64,000 bases of DNA. It comes from an uncultured Pseudomonadota bacterium. Its GTDB lineage: Bacteria; Pseudomonadota; Alphaproteobacteria; JACZXZ01. The stretch's first letter is position 1; every line of letters starts with the position of its first letter. The DNA lies in the NCBI GenBank assembly GCA_963749075.1, contig CAVVLJ010000021.1:384001-448000 (forward strand). The letters run 5' to 3'. Below the pieces are notes generated by a model, which saw only the letters and a program-made list of their open reading frames with translations, ran no database searches and was not told the DNA's origin. A program made the position numbers and the translations under genes. Of the stretch, positions 1-9,762 are shown one piece after another.

Positions 1-620
1 CCCGCGATGCGGAGATAGCCGATCTCGCTGAGCGAGAAGCGGGCGCGGCCCTGGGCGATGGCGACGAAGGGGACGAAGGAGGTGGCCGCGGCGAAGCGCT
101 GCCAGGCCGCCCCTAGTGCTGCCGGCTTGCGCCGCTCCTGCGCCCAGGAGCCGGCGAAGGCGAGAAAGGCGATGGCGACCGTGAGGATGACCGTGCGCGT
201 CTCGCCGTTCATGACCAGGTGGCCTAAGGCCCAGAGGCCGATGCCCCAGTTCATCGGATGGCGCGTGACGGCGAAGATGCCATGGCCGACCGTGTCGCGC
301 TGAAGCAGCTCGCCACGCCCCACGAGAGATGGATTGGGCGACGTGAGGCCGCAGACGAGGAGGATGCACGCCGGCAGCATGAGGACGACAAGCGGCCAGC
401 GCATCCACTCGGCCTTGCCCCAGAGCTCGCTCCAGGGCGCTGCGCCATAGGCGAGCAGCATCCAAACGAAGGCGGCGCCGACGACGAGCGCGTAGACGCC
501 CGGGAACGCCTTCTCGCCGACCGCCTTCACTAACAGTGCCCGCAGCGGGTGCGAGAGGAGGAAATGCCCGCCGACGAAGGCGAAGGCCGCGATCACGAGC
601 GCCGCGGTCGATCCGGTCAT
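1..620 (-). CDS. NnrU family membrane protein (3' end runs off window)
   Basis: Read manually from ATG at 620: MTGSTAALVIAAFAFVGGHFLLSHPLR...GIFAVTRHPMNWGIGLWALGHL; the TRHPM-WG-WA-H motif is typical of NnrU. Confidence 0.75.
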   Translation of the reverse strand, partial: MTGSTAALVIAAFAFVGGHFLLSHPLRALLVKAVGEKAFPGVYALVVGAAFVWMLLAYGAAPWSELWGKAEWMRWPLVVLMLPACILLVCGLTSPNPSLVGRGELLQRDTVGHGIFAVTRHPMNWGIGLWALGHLVMNGETRTVILTVAIAFLAFAGSWAQERRKPAALGAAWQRFAAATSFVPFVAIAQGRARFSLSEIGYLRIA

Positions 621-693
621 CGCAGAGTCCTCCCTCCCACCGTCAAACGGCTCCGACGGGCAACCAGTGCTCACCGTCATTGCGACGAACGTC

Positions 694-793
694 ACCCCCT
701 CCCCACCCTCCCCCTTCAAGGGGGAGGGGGAATTTCATTGTCATGCCAAGCACTCCCCCTCCCCCCTTGAGGGGGAGGGTTGGGGAGGGGGGT
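694..793. repeat. Intergenic palindromic repeat family A (CCCTCCCCC-TTCAAG/TTGAG-GGGGAGGG doublet)
   Basis: Two inverted C-rich/G-rich hairpin arms around a ~25 bp spacer; similar to copies at 20240, 46088 and 62092. Confidence 0.85.
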
Positions 794-819
794 GCACTCC
801 GCATCAATCAGTCCAAGCA

Positions 820-1722
820 CTAAGCAGGGAGTGCCACGCCGGCCTGGCGGCAGGTGGCGCTCAGCGTGTTGCGCAAAAGACAAGCGATGGTCATGGGGCC
901 GACGCCGCCCGGCACCGGGGTGAGCGCGCCCGCGACCTTGACCGCCTCGGCAAAGGCCACGTCGCCCACGATGTGCTGCTTGCCCGGCTGGCCCTCGAGC
1001 GGCACGCGGTTGATGCCAACGTCGATCACCACAGCCCCCGGCTTGATCCAGTCGCCGCGCACCATCTCGGGTTTGCCCACCGCCGCCACCAGGATATCGG
1101 CGCGGCGGCACTCGGCGGCAAGGTCGCGGGTGCGCGAATGCGCGATCGTCACCGTGCAGCTGCGCGCCACGAGGAGGCCCGCCACGGGCTTCCCCACGAT
1201 GTTGGAGCGGCCGAGGACCAATGCCCTGAGGCCCGCGAGCGACGGGAGGTTGGCCTCGAGCAGCATGACGCAGCCGAGCGGCGTGCAGGGCACCATGCCT
1301 TGGCCGCCCGTCCACAGCTCGCCCACGTTGCGCTTATGGAAGCCGTCCACGTCCTTCGCCGGATCGAGCGCCTCGATCACCGCCGCCTCGCGGATCTGCG
1401 GCGGCAGCGGCAGCTGCACGAGGATGCCGTTGACGGCCACGTCCTCGTTGAGCGCCCGGATCTCGGCGAGGAGTGCCGCCTCGCTCGTCTCCTTGGCGAG
1501 GTTCAGCTCGAGCGAGCGCATGCCCACCTCGAGCGTCATCTTGCGCTTGCTCCCGACATAGACCTGGCTCGCCGCATTGTCGCCCACCAGGATCACGGCG
1601 AGGCCGGGGGTGAGGCCGTGGCGCTCCTTGAGCGCGCGCACCTCGTCCGCCACGCGGGCGCGCAAGCCCGCCGCGAAGGCCTTGCCGTCGATGATCCTGG
1701 CACCTGCCGCCGTCTCAGCCAT
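820..1722 (-). CDS. folD: Bifunctional methylenetetrahydrofolate dehydrogenase/cyclohydrolase
   Basis: [50 protein letters not shown] motifs. Confidence 0.97.
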   Translation of the reverse strand: MAETAAGARIIDGKAFAAGLRARVADEVRALKERHGLTPGLAVILVGDNAASQVYVGSKRKMTLEVGMRSLELNLAKETSEAALLAEIRALNEDVAVNGILVQLPLPPQIREAAVIEALDPAKDVDGFHKRNVGELWTGGQGMVPCTPLGCVMLLEANLPSLAGLRALVLGRSNIVGKPVAGLLVARSCTVTIAHSRTRDLAAECRRADILVAAVGKPEMVRGDWIKPGAVVIDVGINRVPLEGQPGKQHIVGDVAFAEAVKVAGALTPVPGGVGPMTIACLLRNTLSATCRQAGVALPA

Positions 1723-2053
1723 GGTTCTCCCTGAGCCAGCTCTCGAGCAGCGCCAGGAGCGGCCGCGGCTCGCCTGTGAGGTGAAGGAGCTTGCGCCGCG
1801 CATGCTTGCCGCGCAGAACCGCGATCGCGCTCCGCGGCAGCTTCCAGCGCTTGGCGAGGAGGCGCACGAGCGCTGCATTCGCCTTGCCGTCCTCGGCCGG
1901 TGCGGTCACGGCGAGGCGGAGCACGGCCGTGCCGTCGGCCTCGAGCGCCGTCCCCTCGATGCGCTCCCGGGCCGCCCGCGGCGTCACGCGCACGGCCAAG
2001 CGCACGCCGCCGGCCACGGCGCTGAAGGGCGAGGGCGGGTCAGAGGAGGCCAT
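1715..2053 (-). CDS. DUF167 (YggU/UPF0235) family protein
   Basis: LAVRVTPRA...[14 protein letters not shown]; usual yggT-DUF167-folD order. Confidence 0.9.
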   Translation of the reverse strand: MASSDPPSPFSAVAGGVRLAVRVTPRAARERIEGTALEADGTAVLRLAVTAPAEDGKANAALVRLLAKRWKLPRSAIAVLRGKHARRKLLHLTGEPRPLLALLESWLRENHG

Positions 2054-2348
2054 GCAGCGAGAGCAGGATGTCCCACAAGAGCAGCTTGAGGAAATAGAGG
2101 GCGATGAGCAGGATCACCGGCGTGATGTCGACGCCGCCGAGATTGGGCACGAAGCGCCTGAGCGGGCGCAAGGCGGGCTCGGTGACGCGGAAGAGGAAGT
2201 CGTTGATCGTATAGACGAAGCGGTTGTAGGTATTGACCACGCCGAAGGCGATCAGCCAGCTCATGATCGCCGCGGCGATGACCACGTACCAGTAGAGATC
2301 GATGACGAAGATCAGGACTCGGATGACGGGATCGAGAATGACGAACAT
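2040..2348 (-). CDS. yggT: YggT family membrane protein
   Basis: SWLIAFGVVN...TEPALRPLRRFVPNLGGVDITP. Confidence 0.92.
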   Translation of the reverse strand: MFVILDPVIRVLIFVIDLYWYVVIAAAIMSWLIAFGVVNTYNRFVYTINDFLFRVTEPALRPLRRFVPNLGGVDITPVILLIALYFLKLLLWDILLSLHGLL

Positions 2349-2446
2349 CGCCGGGTCCGTGACGGTGGAGGCCGCTCGCACGAGACCCTAGCGGTTGGCA
2401 GGGGGTGAGGCAAGCCCGGCAGCTGCCGGGTAACGGCTCAGTTTCA

Positions 2447-2559
2447 CCTCACCCTTCGAGACGCCGCCTACGGCGGCTCCTCAGGATGAGGTGAAACCCT
2501 AGGCACTGGGTCCTCATCCTGAGGAGCGTCGCGCATGCGACGCGTCTCGAAGGATGAGG
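2447..2559. repeat. Intergenic palindromic repeat family B (CTTCGAGACG...CTCAGGATGAG / CTCATCCTGAGG...CGTCTCGAAGG)
   Basis: Inverted arms with internal hairpins; six copies in the window. Confidence 0.85.
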
Positions 2560-2595
2560 TTTCAGCCAGACCGACCCACTACCCGCTGCCGAGCC

Positions 2596-2624
2596 TTGAC
2601 AGGGCGGGGAGCCGCCCACATTAT
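2596..2624 (+). promoter_or_regulatory. Sigma70-type promoter of tRNA-Ala
   Basis: TTGACA-N17-CATTAT upstream of the tRNA. Confidence 0.6.
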
Positions 2625-2658
2625 CCCGCCGCATCACGCAAGAGAGACCAGCACCCTC

Positions 2659-2734
<76 letters not shown>

Positions 2735-2763
2735 GGTTTCCGGAAATTCCCGAAAGATCCGCG

Positions 2764-3759
2764 TCAGCCCTGCGGCCCGATGTAGAGCGTCGCCAGGATG
2801 AAGACGTGGTTGCCCTGGATGCGCATCGGCACCGGCTGGAACGGCATGGTGTTCTGGATGGCGTCCATGCCGGCGCGGTCGAGTGCCGGATAGCCGGACG
2901 ATCGCACCAGCTCCACCCTGAGCATGAAGCCATTGCGGTTCATCTCGATGCCGTATTTGGCGACCCCCTTCATGCCCTTGGCCGCACCGGGGTAGATGAT
3001 ATTGGCGATGATGGCGTCGCGCAGCGCGTTGAGATAGCTGTCGCCGCCGCCCGCACCGCGCCGCTCGCTCTCGCTCCAGTCGGGCGCCTGCAGCTCGCCG
3101 GTCGCCGCCGCTGCGCTCCCGGGCGTCTTGCCCGTCGCGGCCGGCGGCAGCGAGGCCACCTGAGGTGCCGGCGTCGCCGCTGCGGGCGCCGGCTGGGGCG
3201 GCGTCGGCACCTCCCCTTGGATCCCCGTCTGCGGCAGCGCGCTCGGCGCCGCAGCCGCGGCCTTTACGGGCGCCGGCGCTTTGGGCCGCGGCAGCGCTTG
3301 CGGCGGCGGCTTCGCGGGGAGAGGCGGCTCCACGCTCGGCGGCACCGGCGGCCCCGGGTTCTGCACCTCGGCGGGCTCGGCCGGCTTTGGCGGCTTCACC
3401 TCGGGCGGCCGGCCGGGGGCCATCTCGGGGCTGCCGCCCAACTCGAGGTGCACCGGCTCCGCCTCGGTCTGGGCCCGCTGCACCGGCTTGGGCGGCGGCG
3501 GTTGCGGCTTGGGCGCGATCTCGGCCTTCTTCACCGGCGGCTCCATCACGAGCTCGACGGGAATCATGGCCGGCTCGGCGGGAGCCTTTTCCGCCGCCGG
3601 GCCGCCCAGCAGGAGGGCCAGCAGGCCCGCGTGCAGGAGGAGGGCGGCCAGGCGCGCGAAGGCATTGCGCCAGCGCCCCCAGGCGTCGCGCGAGAGCGTC
3701 ACCTCGGGAGCGGGCGTGCGACTTGCGGCGCCGGCGCTCTCTTCGTGCGATTGGCTCAA
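2764..3759 (-). CDS. TonB family energy transducer (TM anchor, Pro-rich linker, TonB C-terminal domain); start uncertain
   Basis: ALLLHAGLLALLL anchor, Pro-rich stretch, YP...SSGYPALDRAGMDAI. Confidence 0.8.
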   Translation of the reverse strand: MSQSHEESAGAASRTPAPEVTLSRDAWGRWRNAFARLAALLLHAGLLALLLGGPAAEKAPAEPAMIPVELVMEPPVKKAEIAPKPQPPPPKPVQRAQTEAEPVHLELGGSPEMAPGRPPEVKPPKPAEPAEVQNPGPPVPPSVEPPLPAKPPPQALPRPKAPAPVKAAAAAPSALPQTGIQGEVPTPPQPAPAAATPAPQVASLPPAATGKTPGSAAAATGELQAPDWSESERRGAGGGDSYLNALRDAIIANIIYPGAAKGMKGVAKYGIEMNRNGFMLRVELVRSSGYPALDRAGMDAIQNTMPFQPVPMRIQGNHVFILATLYIGPQG

Positions 3760-3919
3760 TCCAAGGGCCCGCCTCTATGTCCCGGTCGCCGATTATATAA
3801 CGTCGCGACACGGGATTTCCTCCATGCCCCGCTCTCCTCCCCGGAGCGCCGGGGTGCCGTCTCTGGCACAGCACCGCATCGCCGCGACGCTGCCCGAGGG
3901 CAAGCCTTGCCGTCTCTCT

Positions 3920-4708
3920 CTATCGGGGGGGCGGCGCGCCGCGGCCGATGGCGACCACCAGACCCTCGCGGAAGAGCCCGGCCAAGGCCGCCGCGAGATC
4001 GAAGCCGGCGTCCTCGGCGAGTGCCGCATCCGTTGCGGCGGCGAGCTCTTGGCCTGCCTGGAGTGCTGCGCGGAAGGCGAGCGCGGCTGCCGGCAGCGCG
4101 CGCATCACGACGTCGCCGCCGCTCCGCCGCACCGCGAGCCGGGCGCCGCCGGCGGCGAGGTCGACGGCGGCGCTCTCCCCGCTCGCCGAGCGGTTGGCGC
4201 GCCAGATGCGGTCGATGGGAAAGCGCGAGGCGATGAGCCCGAGCGAGGGATGCAGGCCGAGGACGAGACGCGGGGTGTCCGCTGCCGCCACGCCCTCGAG
4301 TGCCTCGGGCGCCAGCGCCGCCGCATCGGGGGCATGGGCTGCGCGATGCATGAGCCATTCGAGGCGCGCCACGTCGGCGAGATAGACGTGCTCGCGGCAC
4401 GGCGGGAACGCCGCGAGGAATTGCGGGAAACCGCCGCCGTACTCGAGGAGGCAGGGCTGCGCCGGCGGCTCGAGCGCGATGAAGGCCTGCGCCGCATGGG
4501 CGAAGAAGGGCTCGCCCACGAGGCGGCGCACCGCGGGAAAGGCGTCTTCGAGGAGGCCCGCGAGGGAGGAGCGGACATTGTCGCGGTAGACCGCGAGGCG
4601 CTCCGCCACGGCGAGCCCGTCGGGCCGCACGAAAGCGGCGAGCCCCGCGGCGTCGTCCTCGAGGAGGGCGCGGCGGAAGGCGATCTGCAGCTCAGCGAGC
4701 GTCGGCAT
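3920..4708 (-). CDS. DUF2063/HvfC-like MNIO partner protein
   Basis: LAELQIAF...RLAVYRDNV...FPAVRRLVGEPFF...LLEYG...YLADVARLEW. Confidence 0.88.
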   Translation of the reverse strand: MPTLAELQIAFRRALLEDDAAGLAAFVRPDGLAVAERLAVYRDNVRSSLAGLLEDAFPAVRRLVGEPFFAHAAQAFIALEPPAQPCLLEYGGGFPQFLAAFPPCREHVYLADVARLEWLMHRAAHAPDAAALAPEALEGVAAADTPRLVLGLHPSLGLIASRFPIDRIWRANRSASGESAAVDLAAGGARLAVRRSGGDVVMRALPAAALAFRAALQAGQELAAATDAALAEDAGFDLAAALAGLFREGLVVAIGRGAPPPR

Positions 4709-5561
4709 CGGCGGCGAGCGTCCTTGCGGCAACGGCTGCAGCACACCTTGCCTCGGCGAGGAGCGTCGCCCAGGGCGGCAGGTTGCGATCCCATTCGATG
4801 AGGCTCGGCACCATGCCGAAGCGCTCGAGTGCCTGGCGGTAGAGCGCCCAGACCTCGCCCGTCACCCGCGAGCCGTGATCGTCGATGAGGAGCGGGCGGC
4901 CATGGCGCTCGCCGCGGAAATGGCCGGCGAGGTGGATCTCGCCCACCGCTTCGGCCGGAAGTGCTTCGAGATAGGCCGCAGGGTCCTCGGCGAAATTGCT
5001 GCAGCTCACGAAGATGTTGTTCACGTCGCAGAGGATGCCGCAGCCGGTCGCGCGCGCGAGCTCGGCCAGGAACTCGGGCTCCGGAATCGGCGAGTGGCGG
5101 AAGCGCAGATAGCTAGCGGGGTTCTCGACGAGGATGCGCCGCTTGAGCGCCTCCTGCACGGCCGCGATGTTGCGGCCGACCGCGGCGAGCGCCTCCTCGC
5201 TATAAGGGAGCGGCAGGAGATCGTTGAGATAGCTCCCGCCCGCGACGCTCCAGGCGAGATGCTCGGAGACGAGGAAGGGCTCGCTCGCCGCCGCGAGATC
5301 CTTGAGCCGCGCCAAGTGCAGCGGATCGACGCCCTCCGCCGTGCCGAGCGAGAGGCCGACGGCGTGGAGTGACAGCCGGTAGTCGCGGCGCACCGCGAGG
5401 AGCCGGGCCAAGGCCGGGCCGCTCGCCATGTAGTTCTCGGGGTGGACCTCGAACCAGCCCATGGCGGGACGGCCCGCCAGCACCTCGGCGACGTGCGGCG
5501 CGCGCAAGCCAACCCCGACTTGCGCGGCAATCGCCAGAGCGCTCTCCGCCGCCCGCTTCAT
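4692..5561 (-). CDS. DUF692 multinuclear non-heme iron oxidase (MNIO)
   Basis: GVGLRAPH, FEVHPENY, SLHAVGLSLG, SEHLAW, DLLPLP, ENPASY, DVNN, EIHLAGH, DDH, EWD. Confidence 0.95.
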   Translation of the reverse strand: MKRAAESALAIAAQVGVGLRAPHVAEVLAGRPAMGWFEVHPENYMASGPALARLLAVRRDYRLSLHAVGLSLGTAEGVDPLHLARLKDLAAASEPFLVSEHLAWSVAGGSYLNDLLPLPYSEEALAAVGRNIAAVQEALKRRILVENPASYLRFRHSPIPEPEFLAELARATGCGILCDVNNIFVSCSNFAEDPAAYLEALPAEAVGEIHLAGHFRGERHGRPLLIDDHGSRVTGEVWALYRQALERFGMVPSLIEWDRNLPPWATLLAEARCAAAVAARTLAADADAR

Positions 5562-5660
5562 CGTTCGCAAGTCTCCGCAATCGTCATGGCCTGGCCGGCC
5601 GCTGGCCCGAGTCCCGGCCATGACGCTCAGGAAGGCTGTATCAGGCGTTCGCGGAAGCGT

Positions 5661-6092
5661 CTAGGCGCCGGCGATGTAGTTGCGCAGCATGTCGCTCTCG
5701 GCCGAGAGCTCCTCGAGCCGGTTCTTCACCACGTCGCCGATCGAGATGATGCCGGCGAGGCGGCCGCCGTCGAGGACGGGGAGATGGCGGATGCGCCGGT
5801 TGGTCATCTCGCGCATGATCTCCTCGACCGTGTTCTCGGGCGTGCAGGTCACGACCGAGCGCGTCATGATATCGGCAACGCCCATCTCGAGCAGGCGCTC
5901 ACCGTGCTCGGCGAGACCGTAGATCACGTCGCGCTCCGAAAGGATGCCCGCGAGCTTGCCGTCGGCACCCACCGCCAGCACGGCGCCGATGCGCCGGCGC
6001 GACAGCGTGCGCACCGCCTCCGCGATCCTCATGTCCGGGGATACGGTTGTGACCGCCGTTCCCTTGCTCTTCAAGATTTGGGCGACATGCAT
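5661..6092 (-). CDS. CBS-domain pair protein
   Basis: VAQILKSKG...GILSERD...RIRHLPV...SIGDVVK. Confidence 0.92.
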   Translation of the reverse strand: MHVAQILKSKGTAVTTVSPDMRIAEAVRTLSRRRIGAVLAVGADGKLAGILSERDVIYGLAEHGERLLEMGVADIMTRSVVTCTPENTVEEIMREMTNRRIRHLPVLDGGRLAGIISIGDVVKNRLEELSAESDMLRNYIAGA

Positions 6093-6270
6093 GTTTCAAC
6101 CCCCTATATCTCGTTACCGCGCGGCGCGGGCGATAGGGACGGCCCTCACCGAGGGCGCGGTTGCTACAAATCAATTATCGCACCAGGCGCCGCAGCTTCA
6201 TAGATAAATCCGCCGCCGGGGCGTTTCGGTGCGGGACAATTTTGCGCTGACGGAGGCGGGGATGCGGCGC

Positions 6271-6705
6271 TCAGTGCTGCCGCCCGCGCGCGTCGCGCAG
6301 CACGTCTCGCTCGATTGCGGCCTCGTCGAGGCGATGCTTCACCAGGTCGCCGATCGAGATCACGCCGCAGAGGCGGCCGTGCTCGACCACGGGCAGGTAG
6401 CGCATGCGCTCGCGCGTCATGCGCGCCATCGCCTGCTCGATGCTCTCCTCGGGCACGCAGGTCGGGATGCCGAGGCTCATCAGCTCCTCGACCCGCATGT
6501 CGAGGAGCTCCGCGCCGTGCTCGGCGAGGCCGACGATGATGTCGCGCTCGGAGATGATGCCGAGCACCGTCTTGTCGTCGGCGCTGACGACGAGCGAGCC
6601 CACGTTCTCCATCTTGAGCCGGTGCGCCACGGTGCCGATGGTGAGCTCGGGCCGCGTGGTGGCGACGCGCGAGCCCTTGGCCTTGAGGATGTCGGCGACC
6701 TTCAT
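6271..6705 (-). CDS. CBS-domain pair protein (tandem paralog)
   Basis: VADILKAKG...GIISERD...RYLPV...SIGDLVK. Confidence 0.92.
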   Translation of the reverse strand: MKVADILKAKGSRVATTRPELTIGTVAHRLKMENVGSLVVSADDKTVLGIISERDIIVGLAEHGAELLDMRVEELMSLGIPTCVPEESIEQAMARMTRERMRYLPVVEHGRLCGVISIGDLVKHRLDEAAIERDVLRDARGRQH

Positions 6706-6711
6706 TGCCGG

Positions 6712-7314
6712 CTAGCCGTTGCTGCCGGCATCGGGCACGGAGGCGGGGCCGCTGCGCAGCATGCGCCGGCGCTTCGCGCGGTGCCAGAACCAGAGTGCGG
6801 CGAGGCCGAGCACGGCTACGCCGAGTGCGATGGCCTCGAGCTGCTCTGCCTGGCCGAGGAAGTGCTTGAGCGTCTTGCCGAAGAAGTAGCCGCCGAGGCC
6901 GAAGCTCAGCGCCCACACCAGGGCGGCGATGGCGTTCAGCATGGCGAAGCGCCGGAACGACACGCCGGCGAAGCCGATGGCGAAGGAGGCCACGTTGCGC
7001 ACCATGTAGATGAAGCGGAAGGAGAGGATGAAGAGGTTCTGGTAGCGCACGAGCAAGCGCAGCGCCCTGTCCGCGGCGCCGTGCCAGGCGGGGCGCCATT
7101 CGAGAATCTGGCTGCCGAAGGCGCGCCCGATCCAGAAGTAGAGCTGGTCGCCCGACATGCTGCCGACGAAGGCGGCAAGGATGCACCATTCGAGCGAGAG
7201 ATAGCCGCGCTGGGCGAGAAAGCCCGCGACCAGCAGCACCGTCTCGCCCTCGAAGAAGGTCCAGACGAAAATGACGAGCGGGCCGTAGTGCAGCAGGAGC
7301 TCTTTCACGTGCAT
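6712..7314 (-). CDS. DedA family membrane protein
   Basis: YGPLVIFVWTFFEGETVLLVAGFLA...GDQLYFWIGR...FRFIY. Confidence 0.9.
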   Translation of the reverse strand: MHVKELLLHYGPLVIFVWTFFEGETVLLVAGFLAQRGYLSLEWCILAAFVGSMSGDQLYFWIGRAFGSQILEWRPAWHGAADRALRLLVRYQNLFILSFRFIYMVRNVASFAIGFAGVSFRRFAMLNAIAALVWALSFGLGGYFFGKTLKHFLGQAEQLEAIALGVAVLGLAALWFWHRAKRRRMLRSGPASVPDAGSNG

Positions 7315-7602
7315 CGCAGCTGAAGCCCCCGTATCCCGCGGCGGCCGGCTGCCCCGGTGCTGCAAGCGCGCCGGGCGTCGAGGCTGCGGCAGCCGCCCTC
7401 GGGACCTCGGTATGCGGCCATTCCTCCCTGTCCCCGCCGGCCTCGATGCCGCCTTTCCGGCCGCCGGGCCATTGTCATCGTTCGCCGTCCGCGCGCCCCT
7501 CGGGGCTTGCGCGGGCGGTGCTATAGCACGGTTTCGCGATTTTCGCGCTCTGTCGCGCGCGCCGCGCGCCAAGCCCGCGGCAGCAGCCCGCCGCCACCCT
7601 CG

Positions 7603-8061
7603 TCACTTCTGCTCGCCCTCCTGCCAGCGGCCCGATTTCTTGAGCGCCGCCGCCACCTCGGGGGGCATGTATTTCTCGTCGTGCTTGGCGAGCACCGAGC
7701 TCGCGAGGAAGCTGCCGTCGGCCTGCAGCTTGCCTTCGGCGATGACGCCCTGCCCCTCGCGGAAGAGGTCGGGGAGAATACCCGTGTAGTTCACCCGGAT
7801 GTCGCGCCTGAGATCGGTCACCCTGAAGCGCACCGCAGCGCCCGGTCCGCGCTCGACGCTGCCCTTCTCGACGAGGCCGCCCAGACGCATGGTGCGGCCC
7901 GGCATGGCGTGATCCTCGGCGATCTCGGTCGGGCTGAAGAAGAACACGATGCTGTCCTCGAAGGCGTTGAGCACGAGGAAGGCGGCGGCGGCGAGCGCTA
8001 CCAGACCGGCGAGCAGGATGACGAGCCGCTTGTGCTTCGCCTTCATGCGCGCGCGCTTCAT
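7603..8061 (-). CDS. ccmE: Cytochrome c maturation heme chaperone CcmE
   Basis: LPDLFREGQG...LAKHDEKYMP. Confidence 0.97.
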   Translation of the reverse strand: MKRARMKAKHKRLVILLAGLVALAAAAFLVLNAFEDSIVFFFSPTEIAEDHAMPGRTMRLGGLVEKGSVERGPGAAVRFRVTDLRRDIRVNYTGILPDLFREGQGVIAEGKLQADGSFLASSVLAKHDEKYMPPEVAAALKKSGRWQEGEQK

Positions 8062-8243
8062 CGCCCGCGCCCCTTTCTCGGCCGCCGTCCGCCGCTAAGC
8101 TCGTCGAGGGCGCGCAGGCTCGCACGCCGCGCGCGCAGCGAGACGACGAGGAGGAGGATCAGCACGAGCGCCGTGAGGCCGTAGGCCGGCCAGACGAACT
8201 GCGCACGTCCGCCCATGTCGAGGAATGCCGCAACCCTGTCCAT
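8058..8243 (-). CDS. ccmD: Heme exporter protein CcmD
   Basis: FLDMGGRAQFVWPAYG, single TM helix plus basic tail, between ccmC and ccmE. Confidence 0.88.
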   Translation of the reverse strand: MDRVAAFLDMGGRAQFVWPAYGLTALVLILLLVVSLRARRASLRALDELSGGRRPRKGRGR

Positions 8244-8260
8244 GGCGCGCTCCGGGCGGC

Positions 8261-9025
8261 TCAGCTGCCGGCGGCGAGGCCGCGCGCCGGCAGCCGTTCG
8301 CCCGGCTCGCTCAAGCGCAGCATCCTGAGCTTGCGCTCGGCGATCTCGCCCTCGACGCGGAGCAGCAGCACTGTCACGAAATAGCAGGCGAAGCCGAGCG
8401 CCATGACGAGGAGCGGCCACAGCATCTCGGGCGCTATCGTCGGCCCGCCCATGCGGAACACGCTCGCCGGCTGATGCAGCGTGTTCCACCACACGACCGA
8501 GAAATGGATGATCGGGATATTGACGAAGCCGACCACCGCCAGCACCGCCGCGGCGCGGCCCGCGCGCACCGGATCGTCGAAGGCGCGGCAGAGCGCCATG
8601 TAGCCGAGATAGAGGAAGAACAGCACGAGCACCGAGGTGAGCCGCGCGTCCCACACCCACCACGCACCCCACATGGGCTTGCCCCACAGCGAGCCGGTGA
8701 CGAGCGCCAGGAAAGTGAACGAAGCGCCGATGGGGGCCGCGGCCTGGGCTATGAGATCGGCTAAGGGATGCCGCCAGATGAGGGCCGCCGCACTCGCCGC
8801 CGCCATCGCCGTATAGACCATGAGCGCCATCCAGGCCGCCGGCACGTGCACGTACATGATGCGCACGGCCTCGCCCTGCTGGTAGTCGGGCGGCGAGGCG
8901 AAGAGTGCCAGATAGAGCCCGGCCGCGATGAAAATCGCCGCGGCGGCACCGCTCCACGGCCGCACTGCTGCGGCAAGCCGCAGGAAGCGGTTCGGGTTGG
9001 CAAAGCGATGCATCTTCGTCGCCAT
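8261..9025 (-). CDS. ccmC: Heme exporter protein CcmC
   Basis: YVHVP, WGKPMWGAWWVWDARLT, WNTLHQ. Confidence 0.97.
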   Translation of the reverse strand: MATKMHRFANPNRFLRLAAAVRPWSGAAAAIFIAAGLYLALFASPPDYQQGEAVRIMYVHVPAAWMALMVYTAMAAASAAALIWRHPLADLIAQAAAPIGASFTFLALVTGSLWGKPMWGAWWVWDARLTSVLVLFFLYLGYMALCRAFDDPVRAGRAAAVLAVVGFVNIPIIHFSVVWWNTLHQPASVFRMGGPTIAPEMLWPLLVMALGFACYFVTVLLLRVEGEIAERKLRMLRLSEPGERLPARGLAAGS

Positions 9026-9096
9026 GGCGATGAGCCGGTTCTACCCCTTCGCGCCGGACTTGACCAGCGGCCTTCTGGGGCCTGGCTTGACGATGC

Positions 9097-9762
9097 TCAT
9101 TCGGCGGCCTGGCGCAGCGCCGCGGCACTCGCCCATGGTGCCAGCACCAGCGCCGCCATGAGGAAGCCGCCGAGGACCATGAGCGGCGGCCTGAGCGCCA
9201 GGCCGAAGACGGCCGCGTCCACCGCGGCCACGCCGAAGATCAGCACCGGCACATAGAGCGGCAGCACGAGGAGCGAGATGAGCACGCCGCCGCGCCTGGC
9301 ACCCAGCACCAGCGCCGCCCCGATGGCGCCCACCAGCGTGAGCGTCGGCGTGCCGAGCAGCATGGCGAGAAGGAGGCCGGCCAAGCCCTCTCCGGGGAGG
9401 TTGAGGAGGAGGGCCAAGAGCGGTGCTGCCGCGATCAGCGGCACGCCGGTCGTGAGCCAGTGGGCCAAGCACTTGGCGAGCACGGCGCCCTCGAGCGGGA
9501 GGGGTGCCAGGATGAGCAGGTCGAGGCCGCCGTCCTCGTAGTCCGTCTGGAAGAGGCGCTCGAGGGAGAGCAGCGAGGCGAGGAGCGCCGTCACCCAGAT
9601 GACGCCCGACGCGATGCGCGCGAGCACCTCCGGCTCCGGGCCCACGCCGAAAGGGAAGAGGCTCACGGTGAGCACGAAGAAGAGCACCACCACGAGGGTG
9701 TCGACGCCCTGGCGCAGCGCCAGGCGCAGGTCGCGGCGCAGGATGGCGAGGAGCGCCGTCAC
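9097..9762 (-). CDS. ccmB: Heme exporter protein CcmB
   Basis: RRDLRLA...LERLFQTDYEDGGL...LPLYVPVLIFG; GTG start overlapping the ccmA stop. Confidence 0.95.
   Translation of the reverse strand: MTALLAILRRDLRLALRQGVDTLVVVLFFVLTVSLFPFGVGPEPEVLARIASGVIWVTALLASLLSLERLFQTDYEDGGLDLLILAPLPLEGAVLAKCLAHWLTTGVPLIAAAPLLALLLNLPGEGLAGLLLAMLLGTPTLTLVGAIGAALVLGARRGGVLISLLVLPLYVPVLIFGVAAVDAAVFGLALRPPLMVLGGFLMAALVLAPWASAAALRQAAE

Noticed and set aside
5661-6705. Tandem CBS paralogs as a novel system
   Set aside because: Common stand-alone CBS proteins; nothing beyond duplication is evident.
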